Assembly: GCA_037379345.1 (NCBI GenBank)
Contig: CM074515.1
Coordinates: 21,514,001 to 21,578,000, forward strand
Origin: Perna viridis
Lineage: Eukaryota
Length of the DNA: 64,000 bases
Reading direction: 5' to 3'
Made by a program: the position numbers and the translations under genes. The notes below the pieces were generated by a model, which worked only from the letters and a program-made list of their open reading frames with translations, ran no database searches and was not told the DNA's origin. Position 1 is the first letter of the stretch. Every line of letters starts with the position of its first letter. Shown here piece after piece: positions 1 through 14,961 of this stretch.

Positions 1-330
1 CCAAAAGCCAAGCAATAAACAAGTCAACTTTAACATGTTACCACATGGTCTTCAATGATGGGCAAAACCCATAGCATAACGCAAGCTGTAAAAGGCCTCA
101 AAATAAATGAAGTGTAACTGTTCATAAAAACGAAAATTGACCTAATCTATAGTAAAAATGTAAAATGAGTAACAATGTACATAATAACAACAACAACCAC
201 TGGACTACAGGTTCCTGGCTTGGGACAGGCACATAAAGTATGTGGAAAGGTTAAACATGTTTGTGAGCACTCAACCTTTCCCTTAACCCGGATCAGTGGT
301 GGGAAAATACAACAATAAAAAAAACTATAA
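1..330 (+). repeat. Abundant bivalve (Mytilus-type) interspersed repeat, truncated by the window edge
   Basis: caaccactggactacaggttcctggcttgggacaggcacata...ggttaaacatgtt is recognised from memory as a high-copy mussel repeat. Class not determined. Confidence 0.45.
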
Positions 331-2203
331 AAACCTGGATTTAACTCTTGAGATCAATACAGAAAAAAAACTAATAAATAGGGCAAAAGACAACAAGCTA
401 TATCTACCTTGAAAGAGTTCTCACTTTTTATGTTAGCCAGTTCAAAATCCAAAAGCAACTGATAAGCACACCACATTTACTCAAACAAAAATATCAATAA
501 AACACGTCCAAAAAATTTAATGAAACTATATCATAAAATGTCTGAGTAAAGCAAGGTTTTCATGATAATGCCAAGATAGAAAGCACTGATGTGTTGATGC
601 ACATTAACATAATAATGTGACGTGGGATTTGTTAAATTTGAACTTTGTAAAAGAACTATTAAACGCCACAGGTATACTTAAAAACATGGAAAAGAGTACC
701 TAGGTAAAAAATTAATTCAATTCAGTTGTCTGTAAGTTAAACAACAGGATTAATTGAAACATAAAATAAAATATCGAAGTAAAACAAGATCTTCATGCAA
801 ATGCCAAGATATAAAGTATCTTCTATACATGTTTTAGTCTGTGTGTTCTGATCATGAATACCTTGTTCCTTGTTCTAATCATGGTCGACTTGCTTTTACT
901 CTCGGTCATGAAACTGGTATTTATGGCAAATTAATTTCTGCCTTCAAATGATATTTTAACATGTCTCTCTCATTGGGAGCCTCTGATAATCAAAATAATG
1001 AAGGTTTTTTTTTAGGAAAGTATTTTGAAGGATTTCATATGATCTGATGATGTGTTATAATAACAGTTTATATAAATATCTGTACATGTTTATTTCATAT
1101 CTGATTCAGATCATGCAATCATATTTTATATCCCTCAACTGCAAATCTATATTTAATTGTGGCATAAATAGATTATAATATATGTCAGTTCATAATAATT
1201 CTGATTCAGGGTTTCTATGGATGAGGAATATTATGTCTCACTGTAGAGTAAGTCACTTAAATACAAGTTATACAACCACAAACAAACAGGCTATGATTTC
1301 ATTGGAAAATTGGGGTTAGACTGTATATGATTCACCTTGTCCATTCTTCAAAATCTCTTGTTGGCATAACTCCTCTTAAATCATTCAATAAATTGCAATA
1401 AAACTTTATAAGAAGTTTAGACATCATATATAGAAGTGCTTCAAGCTAGATAAATAGATGGTTGCTGAGGGAGCTAAAATCCAATTTAAGTTTTTTTCAT
1501 GTTGCAAAAAGATCAGGGATCATTTCTATAAAAATTTCACCTAACCTCCATCAGAAATGTGTAACATGGCAGCAGGCTAATGTAATATCTGAACTAGATT
1601 TTGTTTATTATGAAAAGAACAAGGTATGTTTTGAGGAATGTTATGGTATAAGATATACCATTGATGTGGTAATAGGGTAAACAATCTGTTGTAGAATAAA
1701 TACACATGTCAAAAAGCTGGAATTAGAAATATTTAAAGGGTTAATAGACTTGTTAACTTTTTGGATAATCTGATACAGAAAAACAGCTAATCCTTAATTA
1801 AGGAAGTGTCAAATTAATCAAGTGATTCATTAAATGGTGCCAGTAAAAATGATATATATCTAAGAGTACTGTGGTGTTATTTTCATGAGACAGAATCTTT
1901 CAAAGCTAATAGTTTTGACCAGATCAACTCACTTTTCAAGACCTGAGAATGACCTACAGATGATGAATATGTTCTTAATTTATTAGATGTTCCCTCAATT
2001 TGTATCTTGTTAAGGTCATATTACATCAGAAAATACAGTAGTCATTTTCTTAAACAAAAAAACTTGTCTCTGCAAATCTGTTTCCAGAAAGCAACAATGC
2101 GTTTGTTCTAATTGATTAGGACAGTTTTAAAAAATAGAAAAGCAAATGCATAATTTCCTTCCTGCGCCACACGAAAATTGTAATATTATACCCAGATACT
2201 TTA

Positions 2204-2382
2204 TAGTGCACCCCCCACTTCTGATATATTGCCACCTTTGGGACTAGGCCATATTTTGGTGATATGTGAGGGTGGCGATAGATCGAGGAAACATTTATAT
2301 AGAAACTATAGTAATTTTGGAAATGTGTGGCGATATAAGAGGGACAGCCATTAAAGAGATGTGGTATAGCGAGGGTGCACTG
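2204..2382. mobile_element. TA-flanked Tc1/mariner-type MITE
   Basis: TA|TAGTGCACCC ... GAGGGTGCACTG|TA, with internal GGCGATA repeats. It overlaps and explains the spurious ORF 2116-2481. Confidence 0.7.
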
Positions 2383-5300
2383 TATATGCCTGTACTTGTA
2401 GACAGGATACATCATGGTGTACTGTGAATTTGCCATGATAGACATATATGCACAAAAAAAAATAGTAACTGCTGGCTGCAAGATAATATTTCATATAGTC
2501 TCTTCTGCTCTAGTATCTTAAACAGTTATTGTCATTTATTAAGCCACTGTCTTTTGATAGACACATGGTATCATGCTGGAAATAAAAAAAAATACTATGA
2601 AAACTGAAAGGAACTATTAACCTACACCCTACAGGGATTATATTTAAGAATTTTTTCAACTAGCTAAATTTAGCCAGTACTGAAAGTTTACAATAGCCAA
2701 ATCTAAGTTTTTTTTGGGGGTTATTTATGAAGGTATAGAATTCCACAAAGAAATTTTAGCAAGGGAAAATAAATTCAATTTTACTTGCATTTAGCAAGTA
2801 TTTCCCCTTTATCCAATAACTGCCCAACTACAGCACATGGATTGCGGCTTTTGTGCATTTTTCTATATGATTACAGCTATATAGTCAGACTGTATTCACA
2901 AATGAAGTTAAAAAAAAGTATGCTAATTAATTTGAATATTTCAGATAGTGTATGATGACATCTCCTGGTATGGATGAACGATTATATATATGCAGATAGT
3001 AATGAGGATTAATCCATGCTTGACTGAAACCACAAGAACATAGTAAGTATGCTACCTAATATTTAATTAAACATTTTAGAAATGATGTGAATCTCCTGTC
3101 TATCAGTTTCTACTCCTGGTTTCTTCAAACCATCTATCTATAGGAAGCCATATGTTTTATTTACTGCCTGTTTCTCATTTGATAAATGATGCCAGTATTT
3201 CACCATTAATTTATTAAATGGTCAGCATAAAGGAGATTTTCTGGCAATTATTGGTAATTGATGAACACATTCTACTTTCTACCTCATCAAAATGTATTTA
3301 GGATGTGGGGCTTCTTAATTGTGTTTTATGCGTTAAGCATGTTGTATTCACAGTCATACTGAAATATATCAGTTCATATATATATATATACTCAGATTGG
3401 TATATCTACCTTCTGAAGGAGCGGTAATTCTGCTTCACCCTTGACTGTCGGTCCATCTGTCTGTCATACTTTTTTCATGACTTTTTTTACTGTAACCACT
3501 TGTTACAGCCACATGATATTTTGACACAAGCTTTATGTTTCACAACTAGAATTTGACTATGAGTAAGTTTGATGTAGTTGTATAACTAATAGCCATGGGC
3601 TCATAGATACATGTATCTTGTTTCATGCTTTGTGGGTTTTATTTTAAACAAATTGTGTGTGTTCTGTGCATTTCATTTTATTACTGGTAATTTTACTGTG
3701 CCTTTATTTATTTATTAATTTTTCTAAAAAATAAGTGCAAAAAAATGTAAAATGGTATAATCTAAGGTATTGTATAGGTTTTATTATAATGTCAAAGATA
3801 AAAAAGGATGGATTTGATTACTGTTATAACCTTGGTTCCCTTGATTACTCTTCAAGAGGCACTATGCCGAAGGATTTGTATCTACTGTAAAAACTTAGTC
3901 TTAAGTAGTAGTCTTTGTAAGAATCATGCAAAATCTGTAAAATGTGATACACCCTAAAAAAGGCTACACATTTTTATTTTTGTAATTAAGTTGTTTTATG
4001 CATCTTTATTATGAAATGTGTAATTTTTCATTCCAATTTGTCTGCTCTTAGAAGATAATCAACATGGAAAATCCAATAGATTCTATTGTATTCGAGTGTC
4101 ATTTACAGAGTTATCTCCTTTAATTTTGAAATCTACAGTGTATTCTATATAATTTTTATCTCCGAAGAACATGGATTATATGAAAAACTGAATGTTAATT
4201 TCTGTTCACTATGGCAAAATATCAAAAATAATGTAGGCTTTTTACTCATGAATCACATTTTGCATGATTCTTGCATGATTCTTAGCTGGAGTGCTACTTA
4301 ACTATTCCAAATTTAGATCTTTGAAACTTGATGTTTCTGTACCTTGTTTCATAGAAAATCTCTAATTGGAATTTCAACCATTCTGAATATATGAAATTGA
4401 AGATTTAAGGAAAAATTCTCAACTTCAGATTTTTTATTTTAAGAAACCCATGCCATATATTTTAATCAGCATGAACTTGGGAACTATACATCGGAGGAAT
4501 ATGAAATTTAATATATACATGTAGCTTTCGCAGGATGGGTTGAGTGTCATGTATATTTTTTTGTTTCCTGCACCTATAAACTTCCTGTTTACCTGATTTT
4601 TGGTGTTGCAGGAGCATTCATTTCTATGGACTTATTTCTAAAAGTTTTTATCAATAGGTAAACATTCATGCAATGTTGTGATATAGTATTATTATCATTG
4701 AACTAAACCTTAGATTTATTTAAAAATACATTAAAACCTGTGTAAACAGAACTTTTTGTTCCGTTTAGATAGGTGTTTGGTTTATACAGGTTTAAATTGT
4801 ATAGATATTAAAAGGAAAGACCATCCATTCCAGTTTGATTCAGTTTAGGCAGGTTTCACTTAATAGAACAAATTAAAGTTGCTTTAAAATGACAGCTTTT
4901 ATTTAAAGGCTGAAGACTGTTTTGCTGTCATATTTCATATCATCGTTATCAATTTCTTTTCAAATTCTTTTCACCACTTTTTATTCTGTATTTTCACTTT
5001 ATCAGGCTTATGTAACATACATGTTTACATGTATACAGATTTCTGTCTGAAGATACAACAGATCTCTCTCTTGTAACATTGTGCACCACCTTATGTATTG
5101 TTTTTTCTAAGTTTCATGCAAAAGTTGAATTCATGGTGATGCTTTGTTATACATAAGTTTGAATATAGTTGCTGAAGAGTCTAGAATTTATAGTTAAATA
5201 TTTGACAACAGTTTTCTTATTACTGGTTGAAAATGCATAACTTCAGCATTCATTGTTACCAACAGGATGTGGAAAACATTTTTAGGGAGATATGAGATTT

Positions 5301-6086
5301 GACTTCTGTTTTCCTAAATGGTTACATTAACCAAAAATTGTTAAATTGTTATAATCTTCTTTGTGTCCTATTTTGTCCTCAATATCCTCAGGAGATTGAC
5401 AAAAATTGGTCCCCAGACTGTGATTTGCACTGGTATAAATGAAAAATTCAAGGTTACTGTCATCACATATTACCACTGTTTAAAAGCATTGGGAAAAATT
5501 GTAGAGACCTGTCACTTGATTTAAAAAAAGTCTAAGGACACCATAAGATCTTCAGAAAATCTGAAATAGCCACCCTTCGAAGATGACCTCCCATTTTAAT
5601 ATAAGAAAAAACTATTCCAACAATATCATTGAGCTGTTCTTGGTGACAATGGAAAATTGTGAACATATGGGAAACACTTGTGTTTGTTCAGTTCACTTAC
5701 TATTCATTTAAATTGTTTTGAAATCAACAAACTTAAAATTCTGTGAACCTATGAATAGAAGTATGAATAATGAATCCACATAATATTTAGATATGATGGT
5801 ACTCAATATGTAATTTATTCCCCAAATCACCTTAATCTGATTCATCCAAACGTTTTGTGTTTTGAACCTTTTGATGCAAGAGTAAAGGTAATCTTTTAAC
5901 GAGATAATACTAAACATCAAAGAAATGCACCTGCCTAAAACCAATATCGTTACATGACTTTCAACTTTAAAGAAAGTATATTTTCAAGTTTTTTGTGCAG
6001 TTCCTGTTGTTTTACAACTTGTACTATTTTGAATTTTAAGTGTTTACTTATAATTTATCCATACATTTACAATACATACATTTTTA

Positions 6087-6390
6087 GATTGATTGATTGA
6101 ATTTAGTATGTTGTCCAATGTTAGATATTTCATACATTTATGGCAAGAATCTTTGATTAATGGAGTAGACTTTGTCTTATATTAGTCTGACGTTTCTTAC
6201 TAGATTATTGACATACTAACTTAAAGGGGCATACACGTCACTCAATCTGACTTGGTACCAAAAGTTCTGAGCTTATGTATCAGCTTCACAAACTGGTAAG
6301 TCATACTGAAATGAGATTGAATCATTAAAAAATTCTGACACCAAGGGGTTGACGTCAACGGTAGCTGAAAGCCAGTGCCCACACATACTT
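6087..6390 (-). mobile_element. Highly decayed SINE, reverse orientation
   Basis: (GATT)n tail at 6087-6100 followed by weak reverse-complement similarity to the SINE at 62830. Confidence 0.35.
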
Positions 6391-9300
6391 TTCATATACA
6401 AAAAAATGTTTCTATGCATATTTTAGAACTTTCTGGATAGAGTCACTTTGTATCTTTTGAGTTTCTGTCATTTCTTGAGCTCTCTTAAACAGATTGCAAA
6501 ATTTGTTCCTTTATATATTTAACTTGTGAGAAATAGTTGGTTCATAACAAATTGTCAGGAAGTATCATATTTGTCCTTCAAAAGTTGTCTAATTAGTGTG
6601 TACCCAGCCAGGACCAAATAAATAGTTAGAGGCGACCCATGGAACTTCAATGGAGGGCAAGTTCACCATAACGTTGAGGTAATGGTACAGAGCCCTAACA
6701 AAAATATTCTGTATTCTGGCTTTAATCTCAATTTTCTTTTGAAATTTTGGACTAGGGTAAAACCAGTGAATTGAAAGATTCTCTCAAGTCTGAATCAATA
6801 TAAAGATATAACAGCTATCTTATGGTGTTTCAAAATATATTCACCATATCCATTCTCGTTATATTAAATCAGTTTTTCAGCCAGGGAGCTTTGTCCCCCC
6901 TGAATCCTTACCAGGGCTCTGCACTGACCCACTCACGGTCCAGTCCCCAGACCCCATGATGCTTGATGCCTACAGTTCCATTTATCATTTGTTACATCCT
7001 GAAAACTTAAGCAACTATGGCAACACCCCTTACAGCACCCGTGAGAAGTTATGCATGCTTGAATTAGGATTAACATTTTGTTTTTGAAATTTAAATTTTC
7101 ATATGAGGAATCATGCTTAAACTATTATACCTTATATAACTAGATTAAATTAAATTATACTTCTTATTATCTGCTACCATGTGTGAAAAACTTGTTGTGA
7201 CATACATATTACAGTATCTAAGTGAAAAAATTTATGGTAGCATTTCTGTGCATTATGAACTTAAATGGTTAAACAAGATTAAATGATATTAAAATTGTAA
7301 CATTCCTAAGTAAATTGAGTAGTGGTAAGTCCATATAGGTAGTGTATAAATGGTACACGAAACATTGATTGAAGTTTGGCTGGTGTTGGTTTGTATCTAA
7401 CGTGAGTACTTGAATTTAATATACAGTTTTACACAAATTGTAACACTGTGACTGAAATAAAAATTTCAAGACACGAGTTCCTGCGTGACCTAATTTAGTC
7501 TGTGCAACTGTAGGTGCTTTCTGTTTTCTTGTAAGTTTTAAATCCTACTCTAAAGTCCAATATGTCATTTAAAACAAAGCAATGTTCATCTGACTTTTCT
7601 AACCATATAAAATAATGGTAATGATGATCCTCAAAGGTCTTAGAAAGAATAACCTGTATTTGGTATGACTCATTTAGATTTGGATTCTGTCTGAACATTT
7701 TACTTATGGATAGGTCACTCCCCTTTTCACCCTCATTATGTTTGGAACCTTGAACCTTCTTATCTTATTGAATGCTTAACAGCACATTCTGTTGCATTAC
7801 AATCAAGAAGTTTACCTAATTTTTGCCTTTCGATGTATTATCTCTCCTGTCCAATAGTTACTAGTATCCCACTTTTCGCATGCCCTCTTTTGTTAAAATG
7901 TCTATAAATTCTCACTAACATCTCCACATCAACAACAGTAGGTGAAACTTTTTCCAATTCCTGACATGTTTATGGATATTTTTACTCTTTAATGCTCAAT
8001 ACTTTGATAAAATGTCTATAAAAGATAATTTACTATCTTGTGCTTTTAATCTTGTCTCCCCTTCTACCTATTGATAAGTGATACTGGTAATACCCATTTC
8101 TAATTTTCTACTTTTTTATGCACTCCAATTTAGATGGTTTCCTTTTGGACGTGCTCCTCAAATTTTCCTGGATATTTCACCATTTCTCCTTTTGACTTTC
8201 CAACTCCTGATAATTTTCCTACAGGTGCACCTGATCTTTGCTCCCAGTTTTTAGTGGAATCTGAGTTGCTCATTCATTTTTTTTTATCTGTGTGTGATTT
8301 AAGTTATTTCATGTTCTTTGTTGTGCGTGTGTAATTTACTTGTCTAGTCATTAAACCTAAACCTGTATTATCACCATTCCAGTCTGGTTTCCCCTTTGCC
8401 CTTTGCCCTTTGACATTCATATTCCTTTTTACTGGGATATACATCTTTTATTTTAAAATACCTTCCACACATATATTTCCTGGAATGATGTAAGAAGAGA
8501 CCTCCATAAATGATTTAGTTTTTGTTCCCTTTTAAGAAATTATATTGACTTTCCAGTTGAGTGATTCAGACTTTTGTATAGGGTATATGGTAATCATGAT
8601 GTTTGCCTTTTGCCCTGACCACGTGCCATGTAAGTGTAACTCCACTTGCACTGTTTAATAGATTTTTGACAATACTCAATACAAAGGGTATATATCATAT
8701 GAAGATGTGTAAGAAGGGTAATTATGTTGAATGCTTAAAAGGGAGATAATCCAACTTAAGATTTAACATGTTCAAAGTCCAAGTACATGGCACCTATGTT
8801 TTGAGTTCTGTAGGTTTTAAGTTTTTTTCACTCTACATGGTTTCATTTGATACCCTCTTTTTTCTGTCTAGTTTGATAACTTTTCCTTTTTACATGCTGA
8901 ATTTAATATATCCACTTATTTTCTGTTTGGTATGATAGTTTTTCCCTCCTACATGCCCTCATTTGATAAGATGTCTATAAAAAATAATTAGACTGTCTCT
9001 ACCTATCTCCTCTCCTATGGCAGGATGCAGAGGTTTGATAGTAAACCAATTATCATCAATTAATAAACTCTCTACTGGATGTGTATTGCTTTTAGTGATG
9101 AAGATGGACATATTGTTTAATGAGATGGACAAGCACTTAGATTAGTCAGTAGAATGGTCAGTTGATTTCAGGAATGATTGACAAATCTGACAGTGAAATG
9201 GACGTGTATTATGACAAATTTTAAGGCTGAAAGACTTACTGGTAGAGAAGAGGGAATTATTTGATAAAGGAATTATTTGATAAAATTTCAGTATTCTTGA

Positions 9301-10929
9301 ACTTACTTCGTTACTTGGAAAACTTTTTCATATTTATAAGTGTTTTGTAGTGAAATTCCTTCAATTTTGTGAGAACGAAATATTGATTTTATACAGGAAA
9401 ACAGTTTAGAAATATTTTTGCAACCTTAATCTCAGGTGGTTTTTAATGTTTAATAAAACTGTTATCGTTGTGGTAGATAAGAAATTTCTTGTGTGACAGG
9501 ATTTGTATCTTTTGTTTGATTAAAGTGGGTAAGTGAAAGTTTTGAATATTTTAGAAGTTAGGAGATAGAAAAAGTTTTACACATATTTGGGGATTTTTAG
9601 TTTCCAATATTTGATAAAAACCTAAGCGTTCACAATTGATTTTGGGCTTGTAATAAATACCAACTATTTGTCTGTAGTTGAAAATGTCGTGAGAAAGTTA
9701 ATGAAATATTTGAGCATATTAGACAAGCTTAGTATGACAACAATAATTGTTACTATGACTCAATAGTATAATAACTGTATTGTTTTTAAATCTAATGTAA
9801 TTCTACAAGTACTTTAGAATCTTAAAATCACTAAACATATAAAATTTAAGTTCTTAAGAAGTCACGATAAAACTGAGGTTAACCTCTTCTTTGATATATT
9901 GATGTACATTTGTTTTGGGTTGTTAGTGGGATTATTATATTTGCTTTATGATACAAGGTAAATTTATGCACATAAGCTAACAATGATATGAATAATGATA
10001 CCTGTACTTACGATTTGGATTTAAAAAAGTAAAGCAGAAGAATAAATTTAGATATTCTGCTTAAAGTATTGGTTATCAAAACTATTGGTATCTGAGAGGC
10101 ATACAATGTATTAACAATGAATTTTTCATCTTAATTTCTGTCAGTCTGTCTGTCTCTTAAACCTATCCATACTCTATGAAAGTTAGATCATATTTTTTTT
10201 TAACATGGAATACATGTATGGTATGTTATTGACCTTCTAGAAGGCATACTATTTCATAGTTTTTAATAAGCAAGGCATCATTGATATTTTGTAAAATTTC
10301 TCGTCTCCCAATCAGTCATTTCACACCAGATTCTTGTGAAGTTGGTTTGTAAATGTTTCTTCAGTTTTTCAAATAAATAATAAAATGTAAACCTGTTGTG
10401 TGAGGGTATTGTAGCACTTTCCCCCATTTTAAAAATAAGTCCCCCGAAGCAATTTTGAATAAGACAGAACGTGTAAGTAGTTCTAGCAATTACCGGTAAT
10501 TAACTTTCCCAAAAACTTATTTTATAATTTTTTGAGTCAAGATAAGTGCACATGGATTCACCAGAAAATCCTAAAAGAAATCAGTGCTGGAGAAGAAAAA
10601 TTTTTTGGCAAGACTTTATTATGAAAAAAGAGAGAATATTGACATAACAACAACAAAATAATGACTTTTTTATGTACAAAATGATTTTTCCATAAAAAGA
10701 TTTTTATGTTGAAAGGGTCATAGGGTGTATGGGTTCATGGATTTAATCCACTTGATTTCTTAAAATTCAGAATATATTGCGAAAAATGTGAGTGACTTAA
10801 AATCGCAATGATAACATTAACATCATGGAACTTTTTACTCTTCATTTTCTTCAAATTTGCAAAAACTAAAATCACAATTTTTAACTCATATGTCAAAATC
10901 TCTATGATTACAGTATTTACAGTATTCAT

Positions 10930-11075
10930 TGCCAAGACATTGAAATTGATAGTCTCTGCTCCTCTACAGATGCATGCTACAGCATAAAATCAGAAAGACT
11001 GGGTCAGTGTAGGATGATCTGCCATCATATAAGCCATTCTTCTATTAGCTAGCACCTTAGAAATCTGGCTAAAAT
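10930..11075 (+). mobile_element. Fragment of the same SINE family
   Basis: aagacattgaaattgata..tgct...aaagactgg...ttagctagcaccttagaaatctgg aligns by eye with 62900-63065. Confidence 0.45.
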
Positions 11076-14069
11076 TAATCAACGGCTTAAACTGCCTATC
11101 AAACAGACATGGAGGTGTTTGTTGTACATTTGCTGTTAGTTTACTAAACATCACTTCACATCATTTACTCTTTTTATCAATATTTAAGATAAAACAGCAT
11201 TAATGGTAAACAAAAAAACTTTTATATAAAAAATCTTTATCTACAATTTCATTAATAATTCTGCCAAGATAAAACATTGCAGTACTTTTAATTTCAGGCA
11301 TGCATCAATCAAAAATAAGCTACAATTTATTTTAGAAGTAGTTTTCCCACCACTGCTTCAATCAACCTGCACTGACCCACAGCATTCTCTGTGTCTGTGT
11401 AACACTATATACTCCCATTATTATATTATTTTAATGGGATTGTGAAGTTGGAGCACTATTCTCTATTGTAATAGGACTAAATATGCTTTGGATTGTATGC
11501 TACATTTAACTGGAAAAATGCAATAGCAGGTATGTAGTACCTTCATCTTTATTATTTGTTTGGACCAAAGTAATTGGAAAATTTACCACCAAGTTTGTCC
11601 GATATAAAAGGGATACATATCTTTATCTCATGGTAATTTAGGTGGTTGGATATTGATAAAAAATGTTTTAAGGCAGAGCTGTACTTAAAAATAAAACATT
11701 TGTGCCCTGCTTTGTATTATCAGAGTAGGCCCATGAAAGTATTATGTTACTGTATAGGGGTTAATTTTGTGATATTTAGGCAAGAAAGTGCCAAAAATTG
11801 TGCTGATTTTTATTTTAGTAGATTATAAGTGGTGGGCTAGTTACCTGAGCTCAGAGTATTTATTTTGCAGAATTTATTTTGGCAATATTAGACAGACTGT
11901 TAAATTATGTGAAGATTATCTGCTATATGTTTATATTTTAGGAAGTGATAATTATTTTGTTCACATGCATCAAGCTTCATGATCATTTGAGTCTTGTATG
12001 CTTATAGTCCAAGGTTTTGCAAAACTTTAAAATTGAATCATGGGATACATACAGACCTAGGTAAATTTGGATTATCATTCACACACAGACTGTAAATCCA
12101 GTTTTGTTGGTATAAAGACAGGCATTGCTCCATAAATATTTTGTAGTGAAATTTAGATTTGGACACCTCAATCTTGAGATGTATTGTAATTTGATGCATT
12201 GATTTAGCACGACTTGTGTCAATACAACAATTTCATGTTAACCTAGTGAGTAGGGGCATTCATGTCCAATCCACATGTTTCCCCGCAAAACTAAGGATAA
12301 TAAATTTTTGCTACTTCATGGCAACCTTTTGGCCCATCATGTCTTCCATAGATCACCATAGTGCTGTTGATGTGGTGAAAACTTGTAGACTTTGAACTGA
12401 TTTTGCAACTGTTATAATTGGTATTGGAAGGGTTTTTGAAAAGAATATATGCATCCAATTTGCATGGGTTGGGCTGTTGTCAACACTTGACCAGACAAGT
12501 ATTATCATTTATTGCCCTGAAATAGAGGTTAGTAGAGAAAGTGTGTTTTCCTGACTGCAGTAATGGGTAGATAAGTAGATCTGTTTATTAGACCTGCCAG
12601 TTCTGTCTTTTTTTTCTGTTGTACAAGTGTCAAAATTTCTCTTATTTTCTATAGGTGCAACTTCTCATTAGCATTGCATCCCTAAAAGTTGAAAAATGTT
12701 GATATTCAATAAATCCTTATCATCAGGTTTACAGTTGTTAAGTATGTTATAGCACAGTTAAATTTCCTAGAATTAAAGTGAGTAAAACAGTTTACTTCAG
12801 GAGAGAAAGTGTTCTTACCTTTACCTGATGAACTGCATTGAAGCATTTAAAATTAAAATCCTCTCAGTTCTTACTTCAAGAACTTCATCAGGTGATTTTC
12901 ATTTCATAAATTCTAACCCCTGAGATTAACTATTTTTCTTGCTGTAACATAAAAAAAGCATTTGTAAAAGTTATAGTTTTTCAATATAATTTTTTTTAAT
13001 TTCAGTGACCTTTAAATACTGTAAGTAAAGGACATTGTAAATTGACCTTGAAACATTGATTAGCTGTCAGTCTCTTAGAAGTAATAAAGCTAAGCTCATA
13101 ACCTTATATTACAGTCTCAAGGTATTGGTTATCAGTGCATGATACATGTTCTACCATTTGAAACAGTAAAACAGGTTCCTAGGTTGGAGGTCTATCTAAC
13201 ATTGTAACATTCACTGGAAATAGATTTGTACTGGATTTTTTTAATTTTCTTATCAACCACCAAATGTTCTTCTGGTATTAGAGAGTGATGAAAGAAGTAA
13301 TGTTGATTAACTAAAGCTACTTCTCCCAGCTGCAACTATTTAAAACATTGGAAGGATTTGAACTTCCTATTTCACACAAATCTCAGGTGTTTTATGTTGT
13401 AATATTCAAACTTCAAACATTTGTTGATTTTCCCTCACTTGAATATGTGTGATTATTTTTTGGGGAAAACCTATTTAAAAGTTTCTCTCAATGTAGTTAT
13501 AATCTGACTGTCTTTTCATCAAAACCACTGACTAGGAACAATAAGTATGATAAGAAAGTTAGGTATGAATTTGCCTAAACTTGGAATTATTGCTAGGTAC
13601 ATGTGTAAGGTGTTCTTGGACATATCGCCCTTCTACGAGTATTTTGGTTCTACAAAGTTCGTATTAGTGATAGAACATTTCTGTTTTTTAAATGCCTAAT
13701 GGTTCATTCAAGCCATAAGATTTGGGGTATTTATTGTTAGTTTTGATATATTTCTTTTTAGTTTTGTATTAGATGAAAATGAAGCTGTTTTCCAGATCAA
13801 AGTGTTTTGTAAAAATACTCTGTCTGCAAGTTTCCAACTTATTGAATTTTAACATCTACAAAGGCAAGTTTGAAGCTGAAATCAATTACAAATGATTTGA
13901 TTTATGAGTCGGAACTATAAAATATCAACTCAATGATCAACTTTGGAAACTAATTATGGAGCATTGTTTGTTGATATCTGCTATTGTTTGGGAAGTTGTT
14001 CACTTAATCAGCTGAATAGAGATATGACAGTATCGCTAATAGTAAGGCTAATGATTTGACTTGTCAATA

Positions 14070-14254
14070 CAGTGGAAACTGTGTAATCCCTCACTAGTTT
14101 TCCATATCCTGTATAAACTGACACATGCTGGTTCTAAAATTGTTTCTATCAATTATGTTCATCTGCAATGCTTTTCATCATGTGTATTCCAACATCATAT
14201 ATAATCCACCATAGTTTTTTGGTTATAATGTGTTGGATTTGACTTGTTCCACTG
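14070..14254. mobile_element. TA-flanked Tc1/mariner-type MITE
   Basis: TA|CAGTGGAAAC ... GTTCCACTG|TA. Confidence 0.65.
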
Positions 14255-14785
14255 TACTACTGTGGATGGTAGAATTTGGGTGAGAACAGTATTGACTTTG
14301 GCTGATGAAGTGCAGTGGTTAGGTCATATAAATTAGGCCAGCTTATAGTATGACCTGTAGTAATTACATGTAGTGGATTAGGCCAATTAGTGTAATGGAT
14401 GTTTTGTTTAGGAATTGATCAGATATACCCTTAATTGCTAAACATATTTAGTAACTATGTTATTTATCCTTTTTTCACTTACTAAATTCTGAAAATGGAT
14501 TTTAGCTACTGGTGGAAGTGACACAATAGGAGGTGGTGAGTCTCTTTGTTAATTGTAAAAGACTTGATGAAGACACTGATAATAAGATCAAAGAATTGTG
14601 TTTTCTTTCATTATTTTGTATTTTATTGAACATTCTTTGGATGTTGAACTGTGAGTTCTTGAGATTATTATCTGATGTGATTTGTGGATTAAATCTAAGA
14701 CTAGAATTTCATATTACCCAATGTTGGTATTGGCAGAGTTCAAAGGAAAATTGTGTTTTTACTGTAAGCATATATGTAGTGTTAT

Positions 14786-14961
14786 CAGTGGCAGTTCCAA
14801 GGGGGGACCAGGGGGTTTGCGTCCTTCCTTTTTTTATTGGATATTTATTATTTACAAGTGAAAAATTGACAATTAATGGTAAATAATGTTCTAGCATTCA
14901 GGCTTTTTTCTGAGGAACCTTGGCTGGCAACCCTCCTTTTCAAAGTGTGGATCCGCCCCTG
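14786..14961. mobile_element. GC-rich MITE with CAGGGGCGGATCCA-type TIRs
   Basis: CAGTGGCAGTTCCA ... TGGATCCGCCCCTG, flanked on both sides by GTTAT. Related single ends occur near 26519, 36093, 37633 and (reverse) 34774. Confidence 0.7.
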
